From: Alphaproteobacteria bacterium
GTDB lineage: Bacteria; Pseudomonadota; Alphaproteobacteria; Rs-D84
Length of the DNA: 48,469 nucleotides
Direction of reading: 5' to 3'
Assembly: GCA_017616975.1 (NCBI GenBank)
Contig: JAFZXC010000041.1
Location: forward strand, 1 to 48,469
The notes beneath the pieces are model-generated. The model did not search any database, was not told the DNA's origin, and saw only the letters and a program-made list of their open reading frames with translations. The position numbers and the translations under genes are program-made. This document shows, piece after piece, positions 9,559 through 18,716 of this stretch; positions within the stretch are counted from its first letter, which is position 1, and the number at the start of each line of letters is the position of its first letter.

Positions 9559-11862
9559 ATGAAATGGACATATGATTGGTTAAAAGAATATCTGGATACA
9601 AATTTATCTGCAAACGAAATTGCAGATGTGTTGACCCGTATCGGCCTGGAAATAGATGATGTTGTGTCACCACTTGCGCCAATTGCGGCCAAAATTGTTG
9701 ATTGTAAACCGGTTGAGAACAGCGACCATTTACACGTGTTAAAGGTTGACGATGGATCTGGCACTTTGCGCCAGGTTGTTTGTGGTGCGCCAAATGCCCG
9801 TGTGGGACTGGTTTCTGCGCTGGCAGTGCCGGGTTGTATTATCGAAGGACACAAAATAGAATCTGGTAAATTACGTGGCGTATTAAGTGATGGCATGATG
9901 TGCAGTGAACGTGAATTGGGTATTGGTGACGATCACAGTGGTATTATCGAACTGCCGGCAAAAACAAAGCCTGGAACACCAGTTTTAGATGTAAAGACCG
10001 TGTTTGATGCGGGCATTACGCCAAATCGTCCGGACTATCTGGCAGTTCGTGGAATTGCGCTTGATTTATCTGCGGCGGGTGCTGGTAAATATATTGGCAA
10101 AGAGCCAACAGAATTAAAACCCGTGAAATCAAAACGTAGCGTTAATGTTAAAACAGATCTTTGCTGGGTATATCGTTTTGCAGAAATCCATGGTATTAAA
10201 ATGGCAAAAAGTAATGATGTGATTGCATCACGTTTGGCTGCGATTGGAATCAATCCAAAGAATGCTCCAATCGATGCGACAAACTATATTTGCTATGACA
10301 TGGGTCAACCTATGCACTGTTTCGATGCTGACGAAATTGATGGCGATATTGTTGTGCGCTTGGCCAAAGATGGTGAAAAATTCACGGATTTGTTCGGGAC
10401 AGAACACGAATTAAAAGCGACCGATATTGTAATTGCCGATAATGCAGGTGTGTTAGCATTGGCAGGCGTGATTGGTGGTGCACGTGGTTGCACAGGTGAC
10501 AACACCAAAAACATTATTTTGGAATCGGCTTGTTTTGATCCGGTATCTGTGCGTAAAACATCAAAACGTCTGTCGATATCAACCGATTCTTCGTATCGCT
10601 ATGAACGTGGAATTGACCCAACAATGACAGGGCGTGCATTGGCATATGCATCAAAAATCATAATGGATACATGTGGTGGTAAAATTGTCGGTACCGGTAT
10701 CGGTGGCAAAAATGATTACAAACCGGTTCATATAAAATATGCACCCAGTTCGTTGATTAAGAAAATTGGTATAGATATTCCGGTTGCCGCACAAAAGAAA
10801 ATCTTGACCAAATTGGGCTATGAAATAGACGACAGTAAAAAGACATGGGTTGTGACCCCACGTCCTGCACGTGTGGATGTTGAAATTCCAGAAACGGTGA
10901 TTGCCGATTTGGTTCGTATTTATGGTTATGAAAAACTTGCACAATCAGAAAAGTTGTCTTTTGAAGTTGCACCAATGGCACATGAAAACTTTGAATTAAA
11001 GATAAAAAGATTATTGGCATCACGTGGATTAAACGAATCAAAATCATTTGGTTTTGGGTGTTCGTCTGTCGAAGAATTGTTGACCGACAAACCAATTATC
11101 AAGGTTGCAAATCCAATCATAAATGACTTGGATACAATTCGTAATAGTTTGTTAGGCAATTTGCTTGTTTCGGTTGCGAATAATGAAAAGCGTGGCTATG
11201 CCGATTTGAACTTGTTTGAATTGGGGACGGTGTTTGATGGTGATAATCCGGGCGAACAGCATACACAAATTTGTATTGTGCGGACAGGTGCGATTTCGCC
11301 AAAACATTGGACGGGCCGCAACCGTAATGTCGATATATATGATGCCAAGGCGGATTTGATTGCGCTGATGTGTGGTCAAAACTTTACGGTAAGCAGCGAT
11401 AATCCACCGAAATGGGCGCATCCGTTCCAATATGGCGCAATTGTCCAAGGTAAAAAGAAGATTGCTGAATTTGGTACATTGCATCCAGCTGTTGCCAAGA
11501 AATTGCATATCAAGACACCGGTTGTTATTGCGATTGTAGATGACATTGAAAACTTGCCAAAGGCGTGGAAAATAAAACACGAAGCATTAAGTGATTTCCA
11601 GCCGATAACACGTGACTTTGCATTTGTTGTAGATGGCAACACAATGGCAGAAACATTGACATCGGTTGCGATGTCTGCGGATAAACGCATTACGGATGCG
11701 ATTGTGTTTGATGCATTTGATATGGGGGATGGTAAAAAGTCGATTGCATTCACAATTACAATTATCCCGACCGACAACATGAATGATTCAGAATTATTAA
11801 AACTGCAAGAATCTGTAATCGCAAATGTTGAAAAGAAATGCAACGCGAAACTGCGGGCATAA
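9559..11862 (+). CDS. pheT: Phenylalanine--tRNA ligase beta subunit
   Basis: 767 aa. N-terminal tRNA-binding fold (MKWTYDWLKEYL...VVCGAPN), then B3/4, B5 and a C-terminal anticodon-binding-like region. Directly follows pheS. Confidence 0.95.
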   Translation: MKWTYDWLKEYLDTNLSANEIADVLTRIGLEIDDVVSPLAPIAAKIVDCKPVENSDHLHVLKVDDGSGTLRQVVCGAPNARVGLVSALAVPGCIIEGHKIESGKLRGVLSDGMMCSERELGIGDDHSGIIELPAKTKPGTPVLDVKTVFDAGITPNRPDYLAVRGIALDLSAAGAGKYIGKEPTELKPVKSKRSVNVKTDLCWVYRFAEIHGIKMAKSNDVIASRLAAIGINPKNAPIDATNYICYDMGQPMHCFDADEIDGDIVVRLAKDGEKFTDLFGTEHELKATDIVIADNAGVLALAGVIGGARGCTGDNTKNIILESACFDPVSVRKTSKRLSISTDSSYRYERGIDPTMTGRALAYASKIIMDTCGGKIVGTGIGGKNDYKPVHIKYAPSSLIKKIGIDIPVAAQKKILTKLGYEIDDSKKTWVVTPRPARVDVEIPETVIADLVRIYGYEKLAQSEKLSFEVAPMAHENFELKIKRLLASRGLNESKSFGFGCSSVEELLTDKPIIKVANPIINDLDTIRNSLLGNLLVSVANNEKRGYADLNLFELGTVFDGDNPGEQHTQICIVRTGAISPKHWTGRNRNVDIYDAKADLIALMCGQNFTVSSDNPPKWAHPFQYGAIVQGKKKIAEFGTLHPAVAKKLHIKTPVVIAIVDDIENLPKAWKIKHEALSDFQPITRDFAFVVDGNTMAETLTSVAMSADKRITDAIVFDAFDMGDGKKSIAFTITIIPTDNMNDSELLKLQESVIANVEKKCNAKLRA

Positions 11863-11874
11863 AAAAATAAAAAA

Positions 11875-11892
11875 CACCGGTATTTGCCGGTG
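11875..11892. terminator. Bidirectional intrinsic terminator (pheT / nth junction)
   Basis: AAAAAAATAAAAA-CACCGGTATTTGCCGGTG-TTTTTTTA. Member of the CCGG-YRTTT-GCCGG hairpin family. Confidence 0.8.
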
Positions 11893-11897
11893 TTTTT

Positions 11898-12551
11898 TTA
11901 TATCTTTTTATCTGCGCAATTACACCATTTGGCGACGGGGCATTGTTCACACTTTGGTGAAAGCGCCCGACATGTATATCGGCCATGTAAAACCATTACA
12001 TGATTTACGATTGAATGATATTTTTTTGGAACGATTTTTAATAATTTTTCTTCGACTTTTTCCGGTGTGTTGTCGTTTTCCCCAACCCAGCCGTATCGAT
12101 GTGCATTACGAAAGACGTGTGTGTCAACACCGATTGTTTTTGCGCCCCATAAAACATTCATGACAACATTAGCCGTCTTTTGTCCAATGCCTGGCAATTT
12201 CATCAATTCATCACGATTGTGATATTTTTTTGGAAAACACCATTTTTCATCGCTACACAAACCGCTCAATTGTTGTGCCAGGTTATAAATCGATTTTGCC
12301 TTGTTATTGAAAAAAGAAATCTGCGAAATGTATTTTTTTATTCCGTCCATCCCAAGTGCCGCCATCTTTTCGGGTGTCGGTGCAGCCGCAAAAAGTGCTG
12401 GTGTGACTTCGTTCACTTTTTTATCGGTTGCCTGGGCAGACAAAATTACCGCCACCGCAAATGTAAATTCGTTTGTGGAATATAATTCCGAACGAATTTC
12501 CATGTTGATGGTTTTTGGTACAAGGCTAAAATATTTTTCCGGTGTCAGCAT
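11898..12551 (-). CDS. nth: Endonuclease III
   Basis: 217 aa with the HhH motif LPGIGQKTANVV and the Fe-S cluster cysteines CRALSPKCEQCPVAKWC. Its ATG shares one nt with the ileS stop (TAATG). Confidence 0.9.
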   Translation of the reverse strand: MLTPEKYFSLVPKTINMEIRSELYSTNEFTFAVAVILSAQATDKKVNEVTPALFAAAPTPEKMAALGMDGIKKYISQISFFNNKAKSIYNLAQQLSGLCSDEKWCFPKKYHNRDELMKLPGIGQKTANVVMNVLWGAKTIGVDTHVFRNAHRYGWVGENDNTPEKVEEKLLKIVPKKYHSIVNHVMVLHGRYTCRALSPKCEQCPVAKWCNCADKKI

Positions 12552-15500
12552 TATATTTTTTCGATTGTGATTGCGAAATTATAACCTTCGATTTCGGTTT
12601 TATGTTCACCATCGCCGGTTCCCATTTCACGAATCAATGCGTCAGACATGATGCGCTTTTGATGTGTTTCAATCGCCAACGCCAATGCCGGATCGGCACT
12701 GTATGTCATTTTGATTCTGTCGGAAACATCCAAGCCAACGGTTTTGCGTGTGTCTTGGATAAAGCGTAATGCATCGTTTGCCAAACCTTCGGCAACAAGT
12801 TCTGCATTGGTTTCTGTATTCAATATGACAACAGCAGTGTTGTCTGGCAAAGCGCTGCCTGCAACACCATCACGTAATGTTAAGCGTTGTTCAAATTCGT
12901 CCGGGTTAAGCGTGTATTCGCCAACAACCAATTTGTCGCCGTCGATTTCATAATTACCCTGTTTAACCGCCGGGATAATATCTTTTAATGCACCGCCCAA
13001 ACGTGCGCCAATTTTTGGTGTGATTAAATACACAAAATTGTCTGCAAAATCGGTGGTCTGCGATGCGAATTTAACCTTTTTCACATTTAATTCATCGGCG
13101 ATAATGTCGCTGTATGTGGACAAATCTGCACCGGCAACCGTCATATCAGCCAGTGGCAAACGATTACGTAATTTATATTGTTCACGTAATTTGTTTCCGG
13201 TTGATACAACCATTTGAACACGGCGCATGTCATTTACGATTTGTTCGTCTATATCGGTCGCCGTTGGGAAGTCTGTCAAATGAACCGATTCCGCACCAGT
13301 TAAATTCTTGTAGATATATTCACTTGTGAACGGTGCAAATGGTGCAAGTGTGCGACACAGTGTCGTAAGCACCACATACAACGTATTAAATGCGGTTTGG
13401 TCTTCGTCCCAGAAGCGTGTGCGAGAACGACGGATGTACCAGTTGTTTAACACATCCAAGAAACGTATAAATTCTTTGATGGCAATGTCTGGTTTGTATT
13501 CGTCAAGGCTTTCGCCAACCGTTTTAATTAATACGCTTAATTCGGACAAAATGTATTTATCCAATACATTACCAGAAGTTGTATCTTCGGTTGCCGTGAT
13601 GTTTCCAGCGTTAGCATACAATGTAAAGAAGTGATATGCGTTCCAAAGTGGTGTCAAAATCGTTTTGATTGTTTCGTTAAATACGGCGCCTTCTTTATCC
13701 ATACAGATTGGTTCGGCCTTCATAAAATTGCTGCCTTGGATAAACAAGCGGATTGCATCGGCGCCATATTTTTCAAAAGATGCACTTGGGTCAGAATAAT
13801 TGTGCAACGATTTTGAAAATTTACGTTTTTGTTCGTCCAACGCCATGCCGTTTGCAGACACAACTTTGAATGCAGGTTTATCAAATAGTGCCACCGCCAT
13901 AACCATCAAAGAATAGAACCAACCACGTGTTTGGTCTTGGCCTTCGATGATGTAATCCGCAGGAAATGTTTTTGCAAACTTGTCCTGGTTTTCAAACGGG
14001 TAATGCAATTGTGCAAAAGGCATAGACCCCGATTCAAACCAACAGTCAAGAACGTCGGTTATACGTTTCCATCCGTCTTTTTCAAGTTTGTCCAGCGTTG
14101 GACGATGCAAATCGTCAATCTTGACGCCAAAGAAATCTTCCATTTCTGCAATAGAGCCGAATATCTTATATTCGCCATTCTTTTCCCAAATCGGCAATGG
14201 AACACCCCAGAAACGATTACGAGAAATACCCCATGGACGTGCATTTTCAATCCACGACATAAAACGATTGCCCGCCGATGTCCATGTTGTATCGTTTTTC
14301 GTTATTTCAACAATTCGGTCGCGAATTTTTGGAACATCGACATACCATGCGTCTGTGGCACGATAGATTAGTTTTTCATGACTGCGTGGGCCATATGGAT
14401 AACTGTGCTTGTGCTGGGCCTTTTGTACAAGGCGACCAGAACTGCGCAACCAATCGATGATTTTTGGGTTCGCTTCGAATATATTCATGCCCGCCCAATC
14501 AGCAACAGTTGAATCAAAATTACCATAGTCATCAACGTTCAAAATGATTGGGAATTTTTCATCGACATTACGTGCGGCGATATAGTCGTCTTCACCAAAC
14601 GCCGGTGCAATATGAACAATACCGGTACCATCGGCATCCGATACATAATCTGCACCAATGACCGTATGCAACGATTTATATTCGTCATGCATATTTGAAT
14701 AATAATTAAACAAGGGTTCATAATGCAGACCAATTAAATCGGTCCCCATAACCGTTCCAAGATTTTCGGATTCTGCAAAAATCTTTTCATATGCAGATAA
14801 ACGTGATTCTGCCAAAACATATACATGACCATCATTATGTTTCATACGAACATATTTCATTTCTGGATTAACCGCCAATGCAGAATTCGCCGGCAATGTC
14901 CATGGTGTTGTCGTCCAAGCAATTGCACGATCACCGTTTTCCAGTTCAAACCATACAGTCACAGTATCATCAACAACGTCTTGATATTCGCTGGACGCTT
15001 CGCTGTTCGATAAAACGGTGCCCAATTTCCAATCAAATGGATTGACTTTGAAATCTTTATACAACAGCCCCTTGTCATATAATTGCTTTAATGCCCATAT
15101 GACAGATTCCATATAGTTTTTATCCATTGTGCGATAACCATAGTTGTCGCCACCGTCAACCCAACGACCGATACGTTCAATATAAAACAACCATTCGTTA
15201 GTGTATGTTAAAACATCTGTACGACACATGTCGCAAAATGCGGCAATACCATCACTTGCAACGATATCTTTGGCGGATTTGCCCTGCTTTTTTTCTACGC
15301 TGTTTTCTGCGGGCAGACCATGGCAATCCCACCCAAGTTCACGTTGAACATATTTACCACGCATCGTTTGATAGCGAGAAATCATGTCTTTAATAGCAGA
15401 CACACCCAAATGGCCAAGATGTGGTAACCCGTTTCCAAACGGGGGACCATCATAAAAGTTAAACGGTTCGCCCATTTTGGTTTTGTTCAAAGATTTATGA

Positions 15501-15586
15501 AATGTATCATCACTGCGCCAAAAAGCGATTACCTCTTGTTCCAGCTTTGGAAAATTTGCTTTTGCCTCTGTCTTTGGATATGCCAT
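12551..15586 (-). CDS. ileS: Isoleucine--tRNA ligase, type 2 (eukaryote-like) form
   Basis: 1011 aa. It has FYDGPPFGNGLPHLGHL (HIGH region), GWDCHGLP and KFSKSL (KMSKS). I saw no C-terminal zinc-finger tail of the type-1 enzyme. Confidence 0.95.
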   Translation of the reverse strand: MAYPKTEAKANFPKLEQEVIAFWRSDDTFHKSLNKTKMGEPFNFYDGPPFGNGLPHLGHLGVSAIKDMISRYQTMRGKYVQRELGWDCHGLPAENSVEKKQGKSAKDIVASDGIAAFCDMCRTDVLTYTNEWLFYIERIGRWVDGGDNYGYRTMDKNYMESVIWALKQLYDKGLLYKDFKVNPFDWKLGTVLSNSEASSEYQDVVDDTVTVWFELENGDRAIAWTTTPWTLPANSALAVNPEMKYVRMKHNDGHVYVLAESRLSAYEKIFAESENLGTVMGTDLIGLHYEPLFNYYSNMHDEYKSLHTVIGADYVSDADGTGIVHIAPAFGEDDYIAARNVDEKFPIILNVDDYGNFDSTVADWAGMNIFEANPKIIDWLRSSGRLVQKAQHKHSYPYGPRSHEKLIYRATDAWYVDVPKIRDRIVEITKNDTTWTSAGNRFMSWIENARPWGISRNRFWGVPLPIWEKNGEYKIFGSIAEMEDFFGVKIDDLHRPTLDKLEKDGWKRITDVLDCWFESGSMPFAQLHYPFENQDKFAKTFPADYIIEGQDQTRGWFYSLMVMAVALFDKPAFKVVSANGMALDEQKRKFSKSLHNYSDPSASFEKYGADAIRLFIQGSNFMKAEPICMDKEGAVFNETIKTILTPLWNAYHFFTLYANAGNITATEDTTSGNVLDKYILSELSVLIKTVGESLDEYKPDIAIKEFIRFLDVLNNWYIRRSRTRFWDEDQTAFNTLYVVLTTLCRTLAPFAPFTSEYIYKNLTGAESVHLTDFPTATDIDEQIVNDMRRVQMVVSTGNKLREQYKLRNRLPLADMTVAGADLSTYSDIIADELNVKKVKFASQTTDFADNFVYLITPKIGARLGGALKDIIPAVKQGNYEIDGDKLVVGEYTLNPDEFEQRLTLRDGVAGSALPDNTAVVILNTETNAELVAEGLANDALRFIQDTRKTVGLDVSDRIKMTYSADPALALAIETHQKRIMSDALIREMGTGDGEHKTEIEGYNFAITIEKI

Positions 15587-15607
15587 GTTTGTACCTTTTT
15601 ATTTATT

Positions 15608-15630
15608 AAAAACGGGCGCCTTGTGCGCCC
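15608..15630 (-). terminator. Intrinsic-terminator-like hairpin in the tRNA-Thr / ileS spacer
   Basis: The minus strand reads GGGCGC-ACAAG-GCGCCC followed by GTTTTTAATAAAT. It ends about 20 nt upstream of the ileS ATG. Confidence 0.5.
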
Positions 15631-15706
15631 CAGCCACCGCCAAAGCGCAGTCTGGAATTATTTAATAATAATTATCGTCTTTGCGTTCATTTTTGTTCTT
15701 TTTTTG

Positions 15707-15782
15707 TGGTGCCGGTGATAGGACTTGAACCTACGACCCCCTCATTACGAATGAGATGCTCTACCAGCTGAGCTACACCGGC
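15707..15782 (-). tRNA. tRNA-Thr (anticodon CGU)
   Basis: Minus strand folds by hand as GCCGGTG TA GCTC AGCTGGTA GAGC A TCTCA TTCGTAA TGAGG GGGTC GTAGG TTCAAGT CCTAT CACCGGC A CCA. Full cloverleaf with an encoded CCA. Confidence 0.95.
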
Positions 15783-15906
15783 AACAGCCCCAGTTTAGAC
15801 TAAGATTTTCACAATTTCCAGTATTAAATTCGGGTTTTTTAGGTTTTTTATCGTCTTGGCACCGGCATATTCATATTGGTATCTTTTTGAAATATCAGGG
15901 GGCAAA

Positions 15907-16566
15907 ATGCATGCATATCTTATTACTTATGTCGTTATGGTAATAAAACTTATTATGGCGATTGTCGCCGCTGTTGTTTTTATGCACTTTTTTAATGCAT
16001 CGGGAAGCCTGAAACAGATGACGCCATTGACGGTTATAATTAACTTTTTGCTTAGTGCGATTTTGTCTGATTTTATCTTAAGCAGAAACGTTGATATTGT
16101 AGAATTTATAGTTGTTGTTTTGATTTATGGCGTGCTTATCAGCATATTAAACCAGGTGACGTTTTCTACGAATATTGGTCGGCGAATTTTTATCGGCAGC
16201 CCCCAAGTTATTATTAAAAGCGGCAAAATAAATACTGAAAAAATGGAAAAACTTAAAATTTCTGCACGTGATTTAGCAATCGCAATGCGCCAAAATAAAA
16301 TTCATTCGATAAAAGAAATTGAAATGGCGCAAATAGAGGCAAACGGCGATTTAACAATCATTAAAAAGGGTGACAAACAGTATTCAGTAATTTTGGTGGA
16401 CAATGGAATTATTGACGAAAGTGCATTGCAAAAAATAAATCGCAGTGACAAATGGCTGAAACACGAATTGCGCGAAAATAAAATAAAAAACCCCGAAGAT
16501 GTGTTTTTGGCGCAGTGGTATCGGGGAAAATTATATGTTGTTAAAAAGAATACAGAAGAGAAATAA
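15907..16566 (+). CDS. DUF421 (YetF-like) membrane protein
   Basis: The track ORF begins at a TTG at 15856. I prefer ATG 15907, preceded by AGGGGG. The protein has 3 N-terminal TM helices, then GSPQVIIKSGKINTEKMEKLKISARDLAIAMRQ, which resembles the DUF421 soluble domain. Confidence 0.65.
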   Translation: MHAYLITYVVMVIKLIMAIVAAVVFMHFFNASGSLKQMTPLTVIINFLLSAILSDFILSRNVDIVEFIVVVLIYGVLISILNQVTFSTNIGRRIFIGSPQVIIKSGKINTEKMEKLKISARDLAIAMRQNKIHSIKEIEMAQIEANGDLTIIKKGDKQYSVILVDNGIIDESALQKINRSDKWLKHELRENKIKNPEDVFLAQWYRGKLYVVKKNTEEK

Positions 16567-16569
16567 TTT

Positions 16570-17049
16570 TTATTTCTGTTTCGTGTAATGTTTTTTCAGA
16601 TTGTGTGTTAAAAAAGACTTCATTTTATTAATAACTTTTAATTGTTCATTTCTTGACATGTCATATGGCAAGAAATCACGTGCCTTTTGCAACATCATAG
16701 ATTTAAAACGTTTGGTTGAATCTTTTACTGTTGCATCTTTGGACATTTTATATGGATCAGTATACGGTTTACCCTCGGCTTTATTCTTTGCAGCAGTATA
16801 TATTAAATAGGTATCGTCTTGTTCAGAATCGTCTTCGTCCCAAATGGTTTCTTTTATATTAACAAACGATTCAACGCCTTTGTAGTATTCACATATGATT
16901 ATATAATCATAATGGTTTTCTATGCGGTATTGTCCAAATGTATACTGTAAACCACGGTGAAATTTTGTAAATCGATCGATTATGTCTGACTTTACAACAT
17001 CATGTGTAGCCAGTTCGTGATAGATACTTCTTTTAAGACCTTCTTTCAT
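16570..17049 (-). CDS. Hypothetical protein (orphan, 159 aa)
   Basis: The ATG lies 11 nt after the mnmG stop with an AAGGAAAAAA Shine-Dalgarno. I recognise no motif. The product is charged and Lys-rich with an acidic patch DEDDSEQDD. Confidence 0.55.
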   Translation of the reverse strand: MKEGLKRSIYHELATHDVVKSDIIDRFTKFHRGLQYTFGQYRIENHYDYIIICEYYKGVESFVNIKETIWDEDDSEQDDTYLIYTAAKNKAEGKPYTDPYKMSKDATVKDSTKRFKSMMLQKARDFLPYDMSRNEQLKVINKMKSFLTHNLKKHYTKQK

Positions 17050-17060
17050 ACTTTTTTCCT

Positions 17061-18713
17061 TTAATTATTTCCGCTTTTAATCTTTCTTAAAACGACCATA
17101 ATGCCTGCGGGGGTCATGCCAGGAATACGCGACATGTCGGCAATGTTTTCGGGACGGGTTGCCTTTAACTTTTCGATTAATTCATTGGTCAGCCCCGGCA
17201 TATTTGAATAGTCAAAATTCGCCGGAATTTTTAATGCTGCGTCCCGCTTGTATGCGGCGATTTCCCGTTCATTGCGTGCGATATAGCCGGCATAGAATTT
17301 GTCATTTTCTTTTATTTCCTGTTCATGCAATTTATATTTTTCATCATATTGATATTCGGTAATTAAACCACATTTAACACCCATTCCCCCAAGACGTACA
17401 ATAGCGTTATCTGCACGCAAGTTTAAACGGTATTCCGCACGTGATGTAAACATACGATATGGCTCGTCCACACCCAATGTTGTTATGTCGTCAATCAAAA
17501 CACCAATCATAGAATTCGTTCTGTCCAATTCCAGATATTCGCCATCGGTCACATTGGCAGCGGCGTTTGCACCGGCGACAATACCCTGGGCTGCGGCTTC
17601 TTCGTATCCAGATGTGCCGTTAATTTGTCCCGCAAAGAACATGTATGGAATATCTTTGGATTGCAATTTATCGTTTAATGCGCGTGCATCAATTGCGTCA
17701 TATTCAATGGCATAGCCGTATCGTGCAATACGTGCGTTTTGTAACCCCGGAATTGTGCGAATCCATTTGTCTTGGACGTCGCTACCAAAACTTGTTGAAA
17801 TTCCGTTTGGATAGATTAAATCGCTGTTTAAACCTTCGGGTTCAAGAAACACATGGTGTGACGTGTGCGACGGAAAACGCATAACTTTGTCTTCAAGACT
17901 TGGACAATAGCGTGGCCCGATACCTTCAATGTCGCCATTGTACATTGGCGCACTGGATATGTTTTCACGAATTATTTCATGTGTTTTTTCGGTTGTATGC
18001 GTAATAAAGCATACCGCATCATAATTATTGTCTGGGTTTGGTGCGCTGAACCAATCGTGTGGTTGGTCGCCGGGCTGTAATTCGCATACAGAAAAATCAA
18101 TGCTGTCACGATAAATACGTGCCGGCGTCCCGGTTTTAAGGCGCATAAGTTTAAATCCAGCATCACTTAATATATTTGAAATATGTGTGTCGGGCGATTG
18201 ATATTCGCCATTATCCATTATACGACCCGATGGAATTTTTTCAGCCCCACGTGTGACAAGTCCATGTAAAAAAGTTCCAGTGGTGAAAACAATAGCACCA
18301 AATGCGTATTTATCGTTTACGGTTTTATTTTTTATATCAATCGTTTGAACAGGATCAAAAATAATATCCAGGTTTTTATATTCGTCCAAAATTTTCATCA
18401 CAGCATCGTGATAAAGATTGCGGTCAATTTGTGCACGCAATGCACGTGTTGCGGCGCCATGTGATGCGTTAAGTGTGCGAAAATGAATTCCGGCGGCATC
18501 CGCAGCACGCCCCATAACACCCCCCAGTGCATCAATTTCTGCAATCATTTGTGATTTGCCAGGACCGCCCATAGAAGGATTACAACTCATTGCGCCAATG
18601 TCGCTTTCGCGCATTGTCAAAAGAAGTGTTTTTGCACCACGACGGCTTGACGCAGCCGCAGCTTCGACCCCGGCGTGACCACCACCAACAACAATCACAT
18701 CATATTCTGTCAT
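17061..18713 (-). CDS. mnmG: tRNA uridine 5-carboxymethylaminomethyl modification enzyme MnmG (GidA), shortened
   Basis: 550 aa with the FAD motif DVIVVGGGHAGVEAA, MSCNPSMGG, GPRYCPSLEDK and FTSRAEYRL. It is shorter than E. coli MnmG in the helical C-terminal part. Confidence 0.9.
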   Translation of the reverse strand: MTEYDVIVVGGGHAGVEAAAASSRRGAKTLLLTMRESDIGAMSCNPSMGGPGKSQMIAEIDALGGVMGRAADAAGIHFRTLNASHGAATRALRAQIDRNLYHDAVMKILDEYKNLDIIFDPVQTIDIKNKTVNDKYAFGAIVFTTGTFLHGLVTRGAEKIPSGRIMDNGEYQSPDTHISNILSDAGFKLMRLKTGTPARIYRDSIDFSVCELQPGDQPHDWFSAPNPDNNYDAVCFITHTTEKTHEIIRENISSAPMYNGDIEGIGPRYCPSLEDKVMRFPSHTSHHVFLEPEGLNSDLIYPNGISTSFGSDVQDKWIRTIPGLQNARIARYGYAIEYDAIDARALNDKLQSKDIPYMFFAGQINGTSGYEEAAAQGIVAGANAAANVTDGEYLELDRTNSMIGVLIDDITTLGVDEPYRMFTSRAEYRLNLRADNAIVRLGGMGVKCGLITEYQYDEKYKLHEQEIKENDKFYAGYIARNEREIAAYKRDAALKIPANFDYSNMPGLTNELIEKLKATRPENIADMSRIPGMTPAGIMVVLRKIKSGNN

Positions 18714-18716
18714 ATA

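Noticed and set aside
8560-9896. Long minus-strand ORFs (203 aa at 8560-9171 and 196 aa at 9306-9896).
   Set aside because: They are antisense to pheS and pheT, have low-complexity composition, and have no Shine-Dalgarno or motif. They are typical shadow frames of real genes.
15587-15706. A T-box riboswitch in front of ileS.
   Set aside because: The leader is only about 120 nt. I could not see a specifier loop or T-box consensus (AAnnnGGGTGGTACCGCG-like). T-boxes are also rare outside Firmicutes and allies. I kept it only as a generic terminator or attenuator.
15783-17060. A small horizontally acquired islet next to tRNA-Thr (the DUF421 gene plus the 159-aa orphan).
   Set aside because: It lies on the 5' side of the tRNA rather than the usual 3' attachment side. 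I saw no integrase, no direct repeat of the tRNA end, and only a subjective AT-richness. It is kept only as a low-level remark in a finding.
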